A stretch of DNA of 32,375 nt from Macrostomum lignano (taxonomy: Eukaryota). Made by a program: the position numbers and the translations under genes. Each line of letters opens with the position of its first letter. The first letter of the stretch is position 1. The stretch covers positions 1 to 32,375 of the forward strand of contig NIVC01001732.1 in the NCBI GenBank assembly GCA_002269645.1, given 5' to 3'. The notes beneath the pieces were generated by a model that saw nothing but the letters and a program-made list of their open reading frames with translations, did not search any database and was not told where the DNA came from. Shown one piece after another: positions 20,376 to 32,375 of the stretch.

Positions 20376-21162
20376 GGCTCATTCCATATAAGCATGGTCG
20401 TAACATGACAGGTTATTTTTACTTATAAAATGAAATCTAATAATAGAATATACTAAACCAATATTTTAAATGAAAGATTATTTTGTCTAGAATATATTTA
20501 TAGAGTTTCATATAGATATCATCATTAGTATATATGCTATTAAACCTTAAATGACACTTATGGTCGTAACGACAGGATTTTTGACATATAGAAACTAAAA
20601 GGTAAAAGTCTTATAACATTTTTCATTTTTGATATTTTGCAATACATTTTTTAAAATTTGACTAAGAACATCTTTAGAAATCATACTCTTTTATTAGAAT
20701 ATATAAACTCAAAAGGCAACAAAGATACAAAAGAAAAGGCAGCCTTATGGTCGTAACATTATGGTCGTAACATATTTTTTTCTGTCAATTCAGTAACTTT
20801 GATGTACTAATACATTAAAAATATAATAGATTATTTGGTCACCAATGCTTTTATCTGATGATGCAAGTACTATACTTTTATCTATAGTTTGTTTCAACCT
20901 TCAAAAGCTTTCTATTTGTTTTTAAAAGGTACAAAATCTTAATGATGTCTTTTGCTTCGAAAAATGTCCAAATTTTTACAAAAATGACTTTTTGCCAATT
21001 GATAACATACTAATCCAACATTTTACCATTCCTTTATTCTTAGATTGTATATATTGCACAATATAAACATTTGGTAAAAAAATAGGCTAATTAGGCAATG
21101 GCAAGCAAAAATATTGACTTTTTTCTATTTTCCAAATATGTCCATCTTATATGGAATGAGCC
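20376..21162. mobile_element. Non-autonomous DNA transposon (MITE), 787 bp, 17-bp TIR, putative 4-bp TSD
   Basis: TIR GGCTCATTCCATATAAG at 20376-20392 and its exact reverse complement at 21146-21162. TGTG flanks both sides (20372-20375, 21163-21166). Four internal ATGGTCGTAAC motifs. Confidence 0.72.
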
Positions 21163-22887
21163 TGTGGGAACTTCTATCTTAACCACATTTCATATTGATG
21201 AGATAGTAGGGGCCTATCTTATCTTCCTATTCCTACAAAAGATAAGGTATCATAAAAATAATTTTGTTTGTTACTTATGGTTTAATTGCAGTATAACAAC
21301 ATAACTTTGCTTAATATTATAATAATATTTTATAGAAGTAAAAATGAAATACCACTTTTAAATAAATAAAACACTGTAATTATGATTTATGATTTCAAGT
21401 AAACAAGTTATATCAAATTTATCAACATCTTCTAATTTGTCAATAGACCCAAAATTTAAGAAATTGAAAGAAATCAAGTTTGTCAATAGTTAAAACAAGC
21501 TAAGCAAATTTGTCAACAACAAGACAGACTTTCCTAAAGTTATTTCTTAATGCAATAATACAAATTTCTGTAATTCAATGAGCAAACTATTGCCAAAGAC
21601 TTCAACATAACTTCATAAATGCACATTCTAAATGCTATTGTGCATACATGAATTAAAATCAAATGAATTGGATAATTAATACTATGTACATAAAACCATA
21701 TTGTATATAAGCCTAGATGAGTATTTAGATATATAAGTAAATCAAGAGTCTATTGGGCTATAATGGTTTGTATGCTACATACATGTTTTACTACACTTTA
21801 TTGCATCTCTTAAGTGAAGTAGGTCACTTTAATTCAATTTTAATCCCAAGTTTTGTTTATTTCAACCATTAATAAGGCTTAGTTTAAGTATGACTTTAGA
21901 TTTCAAAATGCATAAAAAATTAGAATTTATTAGAATTTATTAGGTTAAAAATCTGTAGGTTTCAATAGCTTATAAAAAATAGAAACTGTAACAATGCATG
22001 GCAAGGTTGACAAATTTGGTGGCACCCAAAGTAAAATAAGTCTATAATATAAATGTTTATAATTTTAATTTGTAGTAAGTTTTCTAATCCTATAATATTA
22101 TTATCATCAGGTAGCAGCCTTGCAACTGTCTTGTCAATGAGCCATGCAGATAAAATGGAAATCATTCTAATGGTATGTGTCATTTTCAGCAAGGTGTCCA
22201 GTATATGCCAGAGTTTTTTTAACAGAAATTTAGGTATTAGCAAAGTATGCCAAATATTATAAATCTGATTATCATGTACCAAAAATTTCAAAATTATGTG
22301 ACCTTTACTTTTGCACTGCAACAAAAAAGACCTTTTTTCTATTGTTACATTTGACATTTACATATACATAATAACAAAATAAGTGTCATGTTTATTATTA
22401 CTCAGTTACAAAAATGTTCAATTACATAAAGTTCTAATACCTAAATTCTTTAAAATAGCACTATTGCATTCTAATTTAAATGGAAAAACTTGGCTTTAGT
22501 TTAATTTTTTCTCTGCAAAGTAACTGTTTTTTCCCATATCTAATAATATTAGCCACTCAAAAATTGAGACCTTTAAAGAACTAAAAGAGCTTTAGATATT
22601 AATGATCAAATGGTGCAAGCTTGAAGAAAATTGGTTGAGCCATTTTTTCTGAAATTGATCATATACGTAGATACCACCAAACCATTTTTAGTATATGGAC
22701 TAGCACATTGCAACCCCTTGGGGGGGAACCTATGTAGTAACCCACTTATCCTTTACCCACTAGGGTAGAGTTCTTAAGTCCCTAGGGTTAGGAGCTTAAG
22801 CAACAAAGATTTTTTATGCCATATGCACATGTGGTTGAATTGATAAGAACTAAAGTTGTGTTAAATGCAGTCCTAGCTATTCTTGTA

Positions 22888-23440
22888 TCTATACCCATGA
22901 AAATGAATACTTTGTCTCTGTGTGTGTGTCTGTCTGTCTAGTACAATTTTGATTGCTATGGACTCTCAAACCACTTAACCAACTGACACCAAATTTTGCA
23001 CCCACCCTAAACTCACTATGTAGAATTTCTTAGGCTAACTTAAAATTTCCTAAATTAGAGTCTTCCTACCTAAAAGTGCAAAAACTGCTCAAAATGCGCG
23101 ATTTTTTCACTAAATCTTTCATAGCGCTGCTCCAGTTTTACCAATCCTCTTCAAATTCGATACAATCAATCTTCAACTATTTTGGCACAATCGTGTGAAA
23201 TTTCAAGTCTCAAAGTTAATCCTTAACGGCGCTGTTGCACTTCACCCCAACCACCGCGTCTGTCTCCTTCCCTTTTATCTGGCCAGATGTGGAAAATGGG
23301 TTGTAAATTGACTAACTTTCGGCTGCCATAAGTTTGCTCCACGTAAAGCGATTGACTTCAAACTTGACACAATTCTTCATTGATTCATCCTCTGTCTAAA
23401 TGTTAAGTTTCAACTCTGTAACTTAATCAGAACATAAACT
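22888..23440 (+). mobile_element. Possible non-autonomous Helitron-like element (5' part)
   Basis: A|TCTATAC...AAAATGAAT followed by a GTCT/GT microsatellite resembles invertebrate non-autonomous Helitron 5' ends. No 3' hairpin-CTAG was found, so the end coordinate is approximate. Confidence 0.35.
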
Positions 23441-23899
23441 GTAAGCATATGGAGTTTGTCTGCTTTTTCTTTTGTTTGTGCCGCTCATCCGATTCATTCC
23501 CCCAGACCAAGGACAGTTTAATAGTGGATGGCAATTGGCAAGTCAAAAGCAGGAAATCCAGCATGGTTTGTAAAAGCGAAAGATTTATGAAAAGGCGATG
23601 CAATGCAATACAACCCTACTAACTTAGTCAAACCATTAAAATTTAAAGTTTCTCTTAAAGGTACCTTTTAAAACTTAAATGGCCTCCTAAGAAATGCGTA
23701 TTTCCTTGGTTGTTAGACTGATCCTGATGCAGACTGCAGTGGAGCTGAAGATACACAAATTCCTTTCAGGGCTGCAAATTGGCAAGAAAGATGACATGAT
23801 AAAAGCATGAGAGTACTACGTCCCACAAACTGGCTTTCCAAGCAGGGATGGGCAGAATTTTACCTCAAGGGCGAGATAAAGAATCCAGCTCATGGCTGA

Positions 23900-24250
23900 G
23901 GGGCAGATGAGAGCAAAAAGAAGAAGGAATGACGATTCGAAAAGAGAAGAGAGGCGAGAGAGGGAATAAGAGAAAATATAGAATATAATAGGAACGAGTA
24001 GAGATGAGAGAGCAGAGAGCTGCAGATAAAAGGAGAGAGGAGAGAGCAGAGAGGATAGAAGTGAAGTGGGAAATGAAAGAGTAAAGGGAAGAGAGCAGAA
24101 AAGTGAGAAAAGAGACGAGAGAAGAGGGGGAGAGAGGAGAGGAGAGAAAAAAGAAGAGAAATGAAATAGAAGAGAGATGAAGGAAGATACGAGAAGAGGG
24201 GAGAGAGGAGAGACGAGGGACGAGAGAGACAGAGGTAACAGAAGAGAAGA
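23900..24250 (+). repeat. Purine (GA)-rich low-complexity tract
   Basis: Nearly pure A/G on the + strand. It explains the L/S-rich minus-strand ORFs. Confidence 0.85.
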
Positions 24251-24435
24251 TCGAAGTTTTAAAGGATCCATGGGACGTAGGGAGAGTCAGAGGCAGAGGC
24301 CAGAGTTTGCCAATGCATGTTTTAGAATTTAGAGTCAGACAGACACTGCCTGACATTGTGCGCAGTACCCCAGCGAACAATATCAAATATTTGCCTCAAA
24401 TCCTAATTTTACACAAGTTTACTCCATTTTATGTT

Positions 24436-24720
24436 TACCTCTATCCTACTATCTATTAACACCTCTATCCTACTATCTATTAACACCTCTATCCTACTAT
24501 CTATTAACACCTCTATCCTACTATCTATTAACACCTCTATCCTACTATCTAATAACACCTCTATCCTACTATCTATTACCACCTCTATCCTACTATCTAT
24601 TACCACCTCTATCCTACCATCTATTAACACCTGTATCCTACTATCTATTAACACCTCTATCCTACTATCTAATAACACCTCTATCCTACTATATTAACAC
24701 CTCTATCCTACTATCTATTA
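24436..24720 (+). repeat. 24-bp minisatellite (ACACCTCTATCCTACTATCTATTA), about 12 copies
   Basis: Directly visible, upstream of PI4K2. Confidence 0.93.
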
Positions 24721-25060
24721 AAAAGTTTTTGTTCCTGTATGGCCTCAGATTTCAGAATACGAGGCTCGTACATGCAAAAATAGTTTCGGGCATTGGAATT
24801 CCCCGGGTTCAAAATCCGCGAGTTTCAACTGCTTGTAATGTATAAATGAGATATTGTTAATGAGTGATATGTTAAAATATTAGAATAAACACTATAGAAA
24901 TCTGTGGGAAATGCTTCAAACCACTATATTTCTATAGCCATAACTTTAAGAGCAGTTGTTATTATAACAGTTGCTATAGTAATCCGTAGCCCTTGGAGCT
25001 ACATCAGTACATTAATCCTTTGTTATTTCAGCTTGTTGAGTTTGTTGAGACATCAATCAA

Positions 25061-25093
25061 ATGCCACCAGACCTGTGCATCAGTTGGCATTGA
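25061..25093 (+). promoter_or_regulatory. Putative upstream ORF (MPPDLCISWH*) in the PI4K2 5' leader
   Basis: It lies between an acceptor-like TTATTTCAG| (25031) and the main ATG at 25124, and stops 30 nt before that ATG. Confidence 0.35.
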
Positions 25094-25123
25094 ATAAGTG
25101 GGCAAGGAGGTTCAGCTAACTTC

Positions 25124-32375
<7,252 letters not shown>

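Noticed and set aside
23816-24386. Leu/Ser-rich, membrane-protein-like minus-strand ORFs (also 4900-5121)
   Set aside because: They are translations of GA-rich low-complexity tracts.
24436-24720. CRISPR-like regular repeats (also the 56-bp, 40-bp and 21-bp arrays)
   Set aside because: They are head-to-tail tandem units without unique spacers, there are no cas genes, and the context is eukaryotic.

Overview
Eukaryotic (metazoan) genomic DNA with spliceosomal GT-AG introns, GC-rich exons and AT-rich, minisatellite-laden introns and intergenic DNA. The style suggests a free-living flatworm such as Macrostomum, but that is inference only. Three conserved multi-exon genes lie on the + strand: the 3' part of CTR9 (PAF1 complex TPR subunit; <1-5791), a TACC-family gene (~9769-15937) and the 5' part of a type II phosphatidylinositol 4-kinase (25124->32375). 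A 410-codon ORF with no intron in its coding region is nested antisense in PI4K2 intron 3 (29962-31194). It has a basic amphipathic N-terminus and a possible degenerate KH-like C-terminal domain, and is the most notable unexplained coding element. Most introns carry their own tandem repeat, often with a 19-24 bp unit. Mobile elements read directly from the sequence are a full-length tRNA-derived SINE with a 14-bp TSD, a diverged second copy, a CORE-SINE-like fragment, two TIR/TSD-bounded MITEs and a 49-bp hairpin flanked by 8-bp direct repeats. CTR9 and PI4K2 carry at least 8 apparent single-base frameshifts. These are either long-read consensus errors or decay of a duplicated region, and the sequence alone cannot distinguish the two.
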